From Pseudomonadota bacterium (lineage in GTDB: Bacteria; Bdellovibrionota_B; Oligoflexia; Oligoflexales; CAIYRB01), in contig JAPLFY010000039.1 in NCBI GenBank assembly GCA_026390435.1, positions 41,163 through 105,162 on the forward strand: a DNA stretch of 64,000 bases, written 5' to 3'. Under the pieces are notes generated by a model. That model did not search any database. It was given only the letters and a program-made list of their open reading frames with translations, and was not told where the DNA came from. The translations under genes were made by a program, and so were the position numbers. Numbering within the stretch: position 1 is the first letter of the stretch; each line of letters starts with the position of its first letter. Of the stretch, positions 35,787-43,677 are shown piece by piece.

Positions 35787-37058
35787 ATGGCGGCGCGGTG
35801 TTACGCAATTGATTTCGGGACATCTAATTCACTTTTGGCAGCGACCGATGGCGTGCTGACGCTGCCTCCCATTGGTCTGGATCCAAGTGCCCCAGATCCG
35901 ACCGTGCTCAAGAGCGTGCTCTACACTCCGTCTGCCGGTAAATGGTATTTCGGTGCGGAAGCAGTGAGCCAATACGGCGAGCATCTCGCCGAGGGGCGTT
36001 TGTTCCGGTCGCTGAAAAAATACCTGCCGGATCCGAGCTTCTCCGGTACTCACGTGCTTAACCGTTTTTACAATTTGCCAGAGCTTATCGCCGTGTTCCT
36101 GCGTGAACTGAGAGAGCGCGCCAATAAGCACTTTGATCAAGATGTCACAGCAGTAGTGCTCGGGCGTCCGGCTGTCTTCGCCAGTGACCCTACCAAAGAC
36201 GCTCTGGCAGAGAAGCGCTTGACCAGTGCAGCGCATTTGGCAGGGTTTAAGGACGTGGCTTTCTGTCCAGAGCCAGTGGCAGCGGCTTATGAGTTTCGCC
36301 ATCAACTAGATAAACGGCGCAAGGTTCTGATTGCCGACTTTGGTGGTGGTACTTCGGACTTTACGGTGCTCAATATGGACCGCGACCGGTTTACGGACCG
36401 CGACTTGCTCGCGACCCACGGGATTCCAATTGCCGGTGATCGCTTTGACGGCGGCATCATGAAGCACATGATCGCTCCTCATTTTGGTTCAGAGATCGTT
36501 TACCGCATGCCAATGGGCAATAACGATCTGCATTTGCCGCAGCAATTGATTAATAAATTGTGTAATGCTGCCGACATCTCATTTTTATCGCGCAGCGATA
36601 TCATGCTGCTGCTTAAAGAAGCGCAGCGCTGGTCGATTACGCCGGAAAATTCTGTACGTATGGACCGCCTCTTTATACTGATTGAAGAGCATCTGGGCTA
36701 CAAACTGTTTAAGTCCATTGAGCAAAGCAAAATCGAATTATCGGCATCCGAGACCTCGCAATTTCGTTTTGATCATCCTGGAATTGTCGTCGAAGAGGAA
36801 TTGTCGGCGGCTCGGTTTAAAGAAGTCAGTGCCGACTTAGTCGCCCAGATTGTTGGGGCCCTAGACGAGACTCTGCTACGGGCCGGTGTTAAAGCTGATG
36901 AGATTGAGATTGTTTGCTGCACTGGTGGTACGGCAAAGATACCCGAGCTACGGGTCGAGCTAGAGCGTCGTTTTGGCGCCGATAAGCTGCGTCAGCATCG
37001 ACATTTTCACTCAGTGGTAGGTGGATTGGCGGAGAGAGCTGTGGCTCTCGGCCTATAG
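35787..37058 (+). CDS. Hsp70-family ATPase lacking a substrate-binding domain (YegD-like)
   Basis: Actin/Hsp70 phosphate motifs are present: AIDFGTSNSLLA and LIADFGGGTSDFTVL, plus CTGGTAKIP. At 423 aa it contains only the nucleotide-binding domain. Confidence 0.8.
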   Translation: MAARCYAIDFGTSNSLLAATDGVLTLPPIGLDPSAPDPTVLKSVLYTPSAGKWYFGAEAVSQYGEHLAEGRLFRSLKKYLPDPSFSGTHVLNRFYNLPELIAVFLRELRERANKHFDQDVTAVVLGRPAVFASDPTKDALAEKRLTSAAHLAGFKDVAFCPEPVAAAYEFRHQLDKRRKVLIADFGGGTSDFTVLNMDRDRFTDRDLLATHGIPIAGDRFDGGIMKHMIAPHFGSEIVYRMPMGNNDLHLPQQLINKLCNAADISFLSRSDIMLLLKEAQRWSITPENSVRMDRLFILIEEHLGYKLFKSIEQSKIELSASETSQFRFDHPGIVVEEELSAARFKEVSADLVAQIVGALDETLLRAGVKADEIEIVCCTGGTAKIPELRVELERRFGADKLRQHRHFHSVVGGLAERAVALGL

Positions 37059-37083
37059 TTTTTGGAGGCTAGTGCGGGTCATC

Positions 37084-37971
37084 ATGAAGTACGTTGACTG
37101 TCAAAATCAGCGCAATCTGATCGTCACTGCGGACGATTTCGGTCTTACCGACGAAATCAATCAAGGGATCGTGCTGGCCCATCAGCAAGGCATCTTGCGC
37201 TCAACAGCTTTGCTGATGAACGGCCTGGCTACAGGTGCTGCTCTCGAGCTTAGGCGCCAAAACCCTGGCCTTGAGATTGGTGCTCATCTTGGCATTGTCG
37301 AGGGCTACTCTCTGCTCGGTAAGAAGAGCACTCTGACAGATGATTTGCAGTATTTTGGCCAGGGTAGTGTGTGCCTCCACCGAGGATGGCCACAATTTAT
37401 CGCCAAATACCTAAAGGGCCAGATTGACCTGGGCGAACTCGAGGAAGAGCTCGATCTGCAGCTCGCTCGGATGCGGTCTGCAGTCGGTCCGATTGCCTTT
37501 GCAAATGGCACCCAGCATCTGCACCTGCTCCCCGGTGTACTCGATATTGTCCTGAAATTAATGAATAAATATGAGATCAAATGGCTGCGTCTGCCAGCAC
37601 TGAGCCGCACTGTGCCGGGCTCCATGCGGCGCATTCCGTATAACTGGGCGCTGCGGGCGTTAGGGTACCGGGCGCGTCGCCGCGCTGCTCGCAGCGGGAT
37701 CGGCGGGGCGAAATATTTCGCTGGGTTTGACGTTTGCGGTCGCCTTGATGCAGCTGCCGTCTGTAAGATTCTAGAAGGAATGCCGGTTGGCACTATGGAA
37801 TTGATGAGTCACCCGGGGCTTGATTGCCCTTATCTGCGTGAGAATCTACCATGGGGCTATCAGACATTTGCTTGGGCTGGAGAGCTGGCAGCATTGATCA
37901 GCCCAGCCGTTGCTGAGGTAGTAGCTCGGCGCCAGATTAATTTGATTCAGTTTAAGGATCTTACCCACTGA
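37084..37971 (+). CDS. YdjC/ChbG/HpnK-family carbohydrate deacetylase
   Basis: The N-terminal signature LIVTADDFGLTDEINQGIVLAHQQGILRSTALLMNG and a later HPG motif are present. The ATG at 37084 was chosen. The ORF-track extension to 37021 overlaps the preceding gene. Confidence 0.8.
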   Translation: MKYVDCQNQRNLIVTADDFGLTDEINQGIVLAHQQGILRSTALLMNGLATGAALELRRQNPGLEIGAHLGIVEGYSLLGKKSTLTDDLQYFGQGSVCLHRGWPQFIAKYLKGQIDLGELEEELDLQLARMRSAVGPIAFANGTQHLHLLPGVLDIVLKLMNKYEIKWLRLPALSRTVPGSMRRIPYNWALRALGYRARRRAARSGIGGAKYFAGFDVCGRLDAAAVCKILEGMPVGTMELMSHPGLDCPYLRENLPWGYQTFAWAGELAALISPAVAEVVARRQINLIQFKDLTH

Positions 37972-37976
37972 ATACT

Positions 37977-38984
37977 ATGCTGAATACTATGCAACGACCT
38001 GCTAAATTTTCCATCTCTGTGGTCATTCCTGCTTATAACGAAGCGGATTGCGTCGCAAAGGTGGCGCATGAGCTGACGCGTATTTTGTCTACTCTGACGC
38101 CAGACTTTGAAATCCTATTCATCGATGACGGCAGTAAGGACGGTACCTTTGCGCGGGTCACGGAGCTTGCTGCCAAGGACTCACGGATCAACGGCATCTG
38201 TCTGTCGCGTAACGTCGGGCACATGGCTGCACTCGCGTGCGGTCTCGATAGTGCCCGTGGTGATGTGGTGATTTGTATGGATGCTGATATGCAGCATCCA
38301 CCGGAATTGATTCCGGCTATGGTCGCGGCTTGGCGTGATGGTTACGATGTCGTGAACATGCTCCGTCGCAACACTGCCGAGACCAATGCCAAAGGCGACC
38401 TACTCTCGCGTCTATTCTATTGGACCTATAATCGCACCTCCGATGTGCAAATCATCCCGCACAGTCCTGACTTCCGTCTGCTCGATCGCCGCTGTGTAGA
38501 CGCATTGAAGTCGATGACAGAGCGGTTGAAGTTTTACCGGGGTATGGTGCCTTACATTGGCTTCCGCCAAACTTTGATGGAATTTGATTGTCCGCCGCGG
38601 TTCGCCGGTAAGCGTAGTTACACGATCAGGAAATCTCTGAAGTTGGCGTCGGACGGCATTGTGTCGTTCTCCGATGTGGGCTTGAAGTTGCCGCTCATTG
38701 TCGGTGGTTTCATCTCGTTTTTGGCAGCCATTTACATCATCGTATCGATCGTCCTTGTGGTATTAAAAATCACGCCACTTGCTCCTGGGTGGGTGTCCCT
38801 ACTTAGTTTCAACGTGCTAAGCCTCGGGCTGAATCTCACTTTTATCGGGGTTTTTGGCCTTTATATCGGCAAGATCTTTAATGAAGTGAAAAGACGGCCT
38901 CTGTATTTCGTCCAGACTGCCGTTGGTAAGCCGCTGCCGCGGCGTGCCGATACAGGTCTCCTTGAGCATCGGGGCGAGGAGTGA
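37977..38984 (+). CDS. GT2 polyprenyl-phosphate glycosyltransferase (ArnC/GtrB-like)
   Basis: VVIPAYNEADCV and FIDDGSKDGT are present, along with a DAD motif (CMDADMQHPP) and two C-terminal TM helices typical of GtrB/ArnC-type enzymes. Confidence 0.85.
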   Translation: MLNTMQRPAKFSISVVIPAYNEADCVAKVAHELTRILSTLTPDFEILFIDDGSKDGTFARVTELAAKDSRINGICLSRNVGHMAALACGLDSARGDVVICMDADMQHPPELIPAMVAAWRDGYDVVNMLRRNTAETNAKGDLLSRLFYWTYNRTSDVQIIPHSPDFRLLDRRCVDALKSMTERLKFYRGMVPYIGFRQTLMEFDCPPRFAGKRSYTIRKSLKLASDGIVSFSDVGLKLPLIVGGFISFLAAIYIIVSIVLVVLKITPLAPGWVSLLSFNVLSLGLNLTFIGVFGLYIGKIFNEVKRRPLYFVQTAVGKPLPRRADTGLLEHRGEE

Positions 38985-40408
38985 CTCTTAACTGGATTCG
39001 CCGTCACCCAAGGCTGCTGCCAAGTCTGGTGGCGCTTGCTGCTTTGGTGCTTTGCTTTTTTCAGCTAGGTGATCACGGCGTCAGACTGTGGGATGAAACG
39101 CGCCACGGCGAGTCTGCCTGGCAGATGCTCCGGCGTGGCGATTTCATTAATTACTATTTTGACGGCCTACCGGACGACTGGTTGGCTAAGCCTCCGCTAG
39201 GGGTTTGGTTAATCGCATTATCGTATAAGCTGATTGGGTTTAACGAGTGGGCTTTGCGGGCACCATCGGCACTGGCTGGGGTGGGGATAGTCATGTTCAC
39301 TTATCTTCTGGTGCGGCTCTACCACGGCCAAGTGACGGCAGCTATAACCTGCATGATCTTGCTGCTGTGCCGGGGAATTGTTGGCCAGCATGTGAGTCGT
39401 ACCGGTGATCTTGACGCCCTATTTATCGTGACTGCAATGGCGATGATTTATCTGCTGCAGCGGCACGAGAAAAAGGGTGGCGACTTACTCCTGATTCTTG
39501 CTGGTGTGTGCGGTGGCCTGTGCTTCTTCACCAAAGGCTTCATGATGGGGCTTTTTCTCCCCGGCCTAGGTTTGTATGTGCTCCTGCGTGGCCGTGCCCT
39601 GCCATTGTTGAAAAATGGCGCTTTTTGGGCAGCTTTGATGCTCTTTCTCGGGTTCATCGGTGGTTGGTACCTAGCTGTGAAAAAGCTGGGGACGCCATTC
39701 GTGAATAGTCAGTTTGGTGCTGACTCCTGGGACGTGATGGTTAATTACGACATCTTCCGACGCTTCACCGAGAAGATTGAAGGTGATACGAGTACCCCAA
39801 TGTATTTGCTGGAGGCTCTCGATATTCGCTTTGGGCCTTGGCTATATTTACTGATGCTGTCGCTGCCGTTACTGCTTTGGAAGCGCGATAATACGACCTC
39901 CTGGTGGCGCGCGGCATGGGGCAGACTCAAAGCCGATCACCTGCTGTTACTGAGTGTCTGCATGGTTGTTCCGACATGCATTTTGTTTGCGAGTTCGGCG
40001 ACTAAGTTTAACTGGTACGTAGCAATCACGACGCCATTCCTTTCTATCTTGACGCTGCAGCTATTTCACGTGAGTGCGAAACGCCGGCCTCGTCTTTGGT
40101 GGCTCTTTGGGTTGTTTACGCTAGTTGGGATTGGGGGACAGTTGCAGTACTTGCTGCGCCCCGAAGAAAGTCTGTCGCATCAGGTGATGGTGCAACTGCC
40201 GGCGGTGCATGCAGCTAAGCACATCTATGCTGAGCGGAAACCTGCGTACAACACCATACTCACACTTAAGTGGCGAGATCGTCAGGCAGAACTTGCCAGT
40301 GCTGAGGTTCTGGCCAAGCCACGCGAGAAAATTAGCTCAAAAGTCGCGCGCATTGCTGAATCTGGCGGTGGTTTCAGTTTGTTGCTGACGCCTGCTGGTG
40401 ATGATTAG
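38981..40408 (+). CDS. GT-C glycosyltransferase (ArnT/PMT family, GT39/GT83-like)
   Basis: The first-loop motif LWDETRHGESAWQML is followed by at least 10 TM helices. The GTG start overlaps the GT2 stop by 4 nt. Confidence 0.8.
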   Translation: MTLNWIRRHPRLLPSLVALAALVLCFFQLGDHGVRLWDETRHGESAWQMLRRGDFINYYFDGLPDDWLAKPPLGVWLIALSYKLIGFNEWALRAPSALAGVGIVMFTYLLVRLYHGQVTAAITCMILLLCRGIVGQHVSRTGDLDALFIVTAMAMIYLLQRHEKKGGDLLLILAGVCGGLCFFTKGFMMGLFLPGLGLYVLLRGRALPLLKNGAFWAALMLFLGFIGGWYLAVKKLGTPFVNSQFGADSWDVMVNYDIFRRFTEKIEGDTSTPMYLLEALDIRFGPWLYLLMLSLPLLLWKRDNTTSWWRAAWGRLKADHLLLLSVCMVVPTCILFASSATKFNWYVAITTPFLSILTLQLFHVSAKRRPRLWWLFGLFTLVGIGGQLQYLLRPEESLSHQVMVQLPAVHAAKHIYAERKPAYNTILTLKWRDRQAELASAEVLAKPREKISSKVARIAESGGGFSLLLTPAGDD

Positions 40409-40486
40409 AATATTCTTATTTAGTGCTTTGGCGGGTATTTTGCTGGTAGGCAACAGTGAACTGATGCGCACCAGGATAAAGTTCGC

Positions 40487-40492
40487 TATAAT
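40487..40492 (+). promoter_or_regulatory. Candidate -10 box (TATAAT) placed for a leaderless transcript
   Basis: A perfect TATAAT ends 6 nt before the ATG at 40499. No Shine-Dalgarno sequence lies between them, and I found no convincing -35 element. Confidence 0.25.
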
Positions 40493-40498
40493 AATAGT

Positions 40499-40867
40499 AT
40501 GCGAAAGCTTCTCCACATCTTGATCAGTCTTTGCTTCTTCGCTGCAAACATAGCAGCGGCACTGCCTGCGTGTGATTCAGAGAAGAGCGATCTAAGTTGT
40601 GCACAGGCACACTCGGGTGGTCGTCAGGCAGATCAGGCAGATCAGGCAGATCATGACTTGCTCAGAGCTGACTGTTGTAGCTGTGATCATCCAGCCGTCT
40701 GTTTGGGCTGCTGCCACAGTCACACTTTTATGTCTCCGCGCTTTGTCGTGTCGCTAACGATGCAGGTTAAGCTCCAAATTCGTGGATCTTTCCCGGCGAA
40801 TTCCGTGATTTCTGCCCAGCCGGAAGCGCGGATCGAACGCCCGCCAATCGCAGTCACAGTAGTTTGA
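40499..40867 (+). CDS. Hypothetical secreted Cys/His-rich protein
   Basis: It has a signal-like N-terminus MRKLLHILISLCFFAANIAAALPAC, a (QAD)3 repeat, and the cluster CCSCDHPAVCLGCCHSH. I cannot assign a family confidently. Confidence 0.55.
   Translation: MRKLLHILISLCFFAANIAAALPACDSEKSDLSCAQAHSGGRQADQADQADHDLLRADCCSCDHPAVCLGCCHSHTFMSPRFVVSLTMQVKLQIRGSFPANSVISAQPEARIERPPIAVTVV
40625..40651 (+). repeat. Perfect 3 x 9-bp tandem repeat (CAGGCAGAT), in frame, encoding QADQADQAD
   Basis: Read directly from the sequence at 40625-40651. Confidence 0.9.
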
Positions 40868-40990
40868 ACTCAACGTAAAGTTTGAGTCAGAGGTGTCCTT
40901 TTATGGATGCCGGCGATGCCTAGTCTTTTGGCTGCTCGTCAACTGTGGTTCGTGCGTTTAAAAAAATTGAAAATTAATTGGGAGCATTTC

Positions 40991-41374
40991 ATGAAGAAGT
41001 TTCTTAATTGTCTGCTTATCGTATGGACATCCTTTTTCGGCCTAGTGCAAAGCTCTGCGTTTGCTGCTAGCGGTGATCGCTGCTGCGACGAAGATGGTTG
41101 CTGCGAGGGTGATTGCGAAGAAGGTAACTGCACAAATGAAAACTGCACTAACGTAAACTGTCATCATGAAAAGTGCTGTGATGCTGGTGGTTGCTGTGAA
41201 GATGGTCGCTGTGAAAATGGCGCATGCACAGAGTCTGATTGCACCAACCCAAACTGTGTCCACAGCAAGTGCTGTGACGCCGGTGGTTGCTGTGAAGATG
41301 GTCGCTGTGAAGACGGCAACTGCACAGAGTCAGACTGCACCAATGCTGATTGTCCACATGACAACAATAAGTAA
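40991..41374 (+). CDS. Hypothetical secreted, acidic, 24-cysteine three-repeat protein
   Basis: A GGGAG RBS lies 6 nt upstream of the ATG, and the signal peptide is MKKFLNCLLIVWTSFFGLVQSSAFA|AS. The 102-aa mature part has 24 Cys, 25 Asp/Glu, 6 Lys/Arg and 4 His, arranged in three units of CC-x4-CC-x3/4-C-x4-C-x4-C-x4-C. A terminator follows. Confidence 0.65.
   Translation: MKKFLNCLLIVWTSFFGLVQSSAFAASGDRCCDEDGCCEGDCEEGNCTNENCTNVNCHHEKCCDAGGCCEDGRCENGACTESDCTNPNCVHSKCCDAGGCCEDGRCEDGNCTESDCTNADCPHDNNK
41078..41362 (+). repeat. Three tandem 93/96/96-bp coding repeats
   Basis: The units are 41078-41170, 41171-41266 and 41267-41362. Units 2 and 3 differ at only 2 of their first 45 nt and at 21 of 96 nt overall (counted by hand). 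Unit 1 is more diverged. Confidence 0.9.
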
Positions 41375-41458
41375 GCTTGGGTGACTAATTAGCTTAGAGA
41401 CTTGTGATCTTTAGTTGAATTGGTGGCCCTACTCGGGCCATCTCAGCCACAGTTTTGA

Positions 41459-41506
41459 CGAGCGGCCAAGGAGGCTAGGTCTCCCTTGGGCCGCTCGCTT
41501 TATTTG
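41459..41506 (+). terminator. Rho-independent terminator for the Cys-rich gene pair
   Basis: A 13-bp stem (CGAGCGGCCAAGG / CCTTGGGCCGCTCG, with one bulged G) is followed by CTTTATTT. The opposite strand has no U-run, so the terminator is probably unidirectional. Confidence 0.6.
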
Positions 41507-43636
41507 CTATTCACTAAACGCAACTGCCGCCTCAACCTGAGACCAGAAGCGATGGTAGCGAAACTCTGGCACCGGGCCGCCATTTAGATAATTTTGCACT
41601 TTGGCGAAGTCAGGGTCGCTGCGGTATTGCGGCCGCAAGCTTAAGAAAGTCGCGGTGCTATTTGCCTCGGCGCCGCGTCCTAACTTGCCGTTAAATCCAG
41701 CAGGAATAAAAACACTGGCGTTAAAGTTGCTGTAGTCGGCTCTAGCCTCATTATTGGATACGCCTTTGTCGTCGCGGTAATGCGTCCAGGTGCGGTCAAT
41801 GATCTCGCGAGCAAGCGTCGACGCTCCCAGAGCATTCTGCTGATTACGATGCAAGGCGGTGCCTTTAGCGTAACTTAGGAGAGCTTTAGCAAGGCTGGTG
41901 GCGATCCCGATGTCCTCGTTGTAATCGACAACTGTGACATGTAGGTCGCTGTTTATCTGCTGGCTCTGCGATGACCACGAGTGCGGCTGTCCGCTCCAAG
42001 CGAGATTGCTCGGGATCTTGTAGCCGCCATCATCGGACAGCTTTACATTGCGACTGACCCAGGTGACCCAACGGTCGAGCAGCGCTTCGATGCTGCGATC
42101 GCCGCTCGCTAGGTAATAGGTCGCAACCCGCTCCATCGACCATGCCTGCCAACCAAACCAATTATTTGAATTCGGATTATGGTAGACCGGATGCTGTTCA
42201 AAGCTGAGGCCGTGAAAGGTACTCTGGCCCATTGGTGGCACGTCGTAGCGACCTTGCCAGCTGTTAGTGGCGCCACCGGCAATCGCACCCTCAGCTGATT
42301 GTAGCCACTGATAAAACTCAAGCTGACGCTGGAGACTCTGTTGCCAGTCGCGGGCGCCATTTGCTGTGATTGGTTTAAAGTCTTGGTCTGCGCTCAGCAC
42401 ATAAGCAGCAAGCGGGTTTTGGTAGCCAAAATGAGCGTGACTGCCGCCGATACGCCAAGACCATTGGCCTTGGTCTGCTGGATGTGAACCACCCCAAGAA
42501 TAATACCAACCCATCAAATAATGTGCCGAATCGTAGTCAGATCCTGCGGGACACTGTGGGCTCTGGCAGCCAATGGATTTGAAGTATTTGTCAAACATGG
42601 CATAGCGCAGGAAGTCGCCCATGCGGCTCGCCTTCGCCGCGAGGCTCTTGACCGCAGCTACGTTGCCACTGGCGCGCGCGTACTGCATAGCTAAGTAAGT
42701 CGCCTGCACAATTCGTGCATCTGCATCGGGGGCATTGGTGTAGCGCCATTGCCGTTTGTACCCGTTTGGATCAGCAGCAAATAGGCTGAGGAAGCCCTGA
42801 TCTGGTGCGCCGAATTTAAATTCGTCGATAGAGGGATGTGGAACAGTGAGGAATACTGACTCCATCGGGCCGCGCTGAAACGTATTGATATAGACAGGGT
42901 CTGTGCCGGCACCGTAGCCGTACCAGTTATTGGTATCGATCAACCAATGCATGCCGTAAATATCGCTACCGTAGGCGGCGGCAAGTTCAGCGCTGATGGG
43001 ATCTCGACCTACACTGATCCCTTGACTAATTTGCACAGGATACTGATTTGGTGTGTCTTGCTCCGGTGCGTACGTCGCCGGCGATCCTGGATTGTAGGCT
43101 GCTGATCCATACTGCAGTTTGGGGATCGCATATGTTTCCATGCGATCAAACACATAATGCAACAGGCTGTAGTCATCAGTGTAGCGACCAAAGACGGCCT
43201 CTAACCAAGCCCAGTAGCTTACCGTTTCACTGGTAGTCAGATGGCCGTAGTCTGGAGCTTCCGCGATTAAGGTCTCGGCAGAGTGGAAGGGCAGGCCAGT
43301 GGCGCTAAAGTAGCCGTTCTTAGGATCATGGAGCTGGAACCAGAGAGTGAGGAAGCGGTCGCGCGAGGGATTGTCGCTAGGCACTTTCAGGGTGCGGCTA
43401 TTGGCTGTGCGAATTTCAAATGCACCGCTTTTTGAATTTGCCAAAACATAAGGCAGCCCCGGATGCGGTGCTGCCCAGTGTTCAGTGTCCCTATCGATGC
43501 CGATCCCACCAGTGCTGATCCCGCCAGTGCCGACCTCATCGGCCGCGCGTAGCTGCGGCCCTGTGATAGCAAACATCACAGCGGCGGTAAATTTGACAAC
43601 GAGCCCCACATACGAACCTAGTCGCATCGAACCCAT
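41507..43636 (-). CDS. Glycoside hydrolase family 48, secreted, single-domain
   Basis: GH48 hallmark blocks are present: AEAPDYGHLTTSETVSYWAWLEA, GMHWLIDTNNWYGYG, YTNAPDADARIVQA and EFYQWLQSAEGAIAGGATNSW. The ATG at 43636 has an AGGAGG RBS 8 nt upstream. Confidence 0.85.
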   Translation of the reverse strand: MGSMRLGSYVGLVVKFTAAVMFAITGPQLRAADEVGTGGISTGGIGIDRDTEHWAAPHPGLPYVLANSKSGAFEIRTANSRTLKVPSDNPSRDRFLTLWFQLHDPKNGYFSATGLPFHSAETLIAEAPDYGHLTTSETVSYWAWLEAVFGRYTDDYSLLHYVFDRMETYAIPKLQYGSAAYNPGSPATYAPEQDTPNQYPVQISQGISVGRDPISAELAAAYGSDIYGMHWLIDTNNWYGYGAGTDPVYINTFQRGPMESVFLTVPHPSIDEFKFGAPDQGFLSLFAADPNGYKRQWRYTNAPDADARIVQATYLAMQYARASGNVAAVKSLAAKASRMGDFLRYAMFDKYFKSIGCQSPQCPAGSDYDSAHYLMGWYYSWGGSHPADQGQWSWRIGGSHAHFGYQNPLAAYVLSADQDFKPITANGARDWQQSLQRQLEFYQWLQSAEGAIAGGATNSWQGRYDVPPMGQSTFHGLSFEQHPVYHNPNSNNWFGWQAWSMERVATYYLASGDRSIEALLDRWVTWVSRNVKLSDDGGYKIPSNLAWSGQPHSWSSQSQQINSDLHVTVVDYNEDIGIATSLAKALLSYAKGTALHRNQQNALGASTLAREIIDRTWTHYRDDKGVSNNEARADYSNFNASVFIPAGFNGKLGRGAEANSTATFLSLRPQYRSDPDFAKVQNYLNGGPVPEFRYHRFWSQVEAAVAFSE

Positions 43637-43677
43637 AGCGAGCACCTCCTGTGCTCTTGTTTATAAACCTTTTTGCG

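Noticed and set aside
40625-41362. CRISPR-like or other non-coding repeat array
   Set aside because: The repeats are in frame within ORFs and have no spacer-like unique segments of CRISPR dimensions. No cas genes are present in the window.
40939-41384. Five extra overlapping ORFs in other frames or on the other strand across the Cys-rich repeat gene
   Set aside because: They are artefacts of the tandem repeat, since every frame stays open. Only the + frame from 40991 has an RBS, a signal peptide and a terminator.
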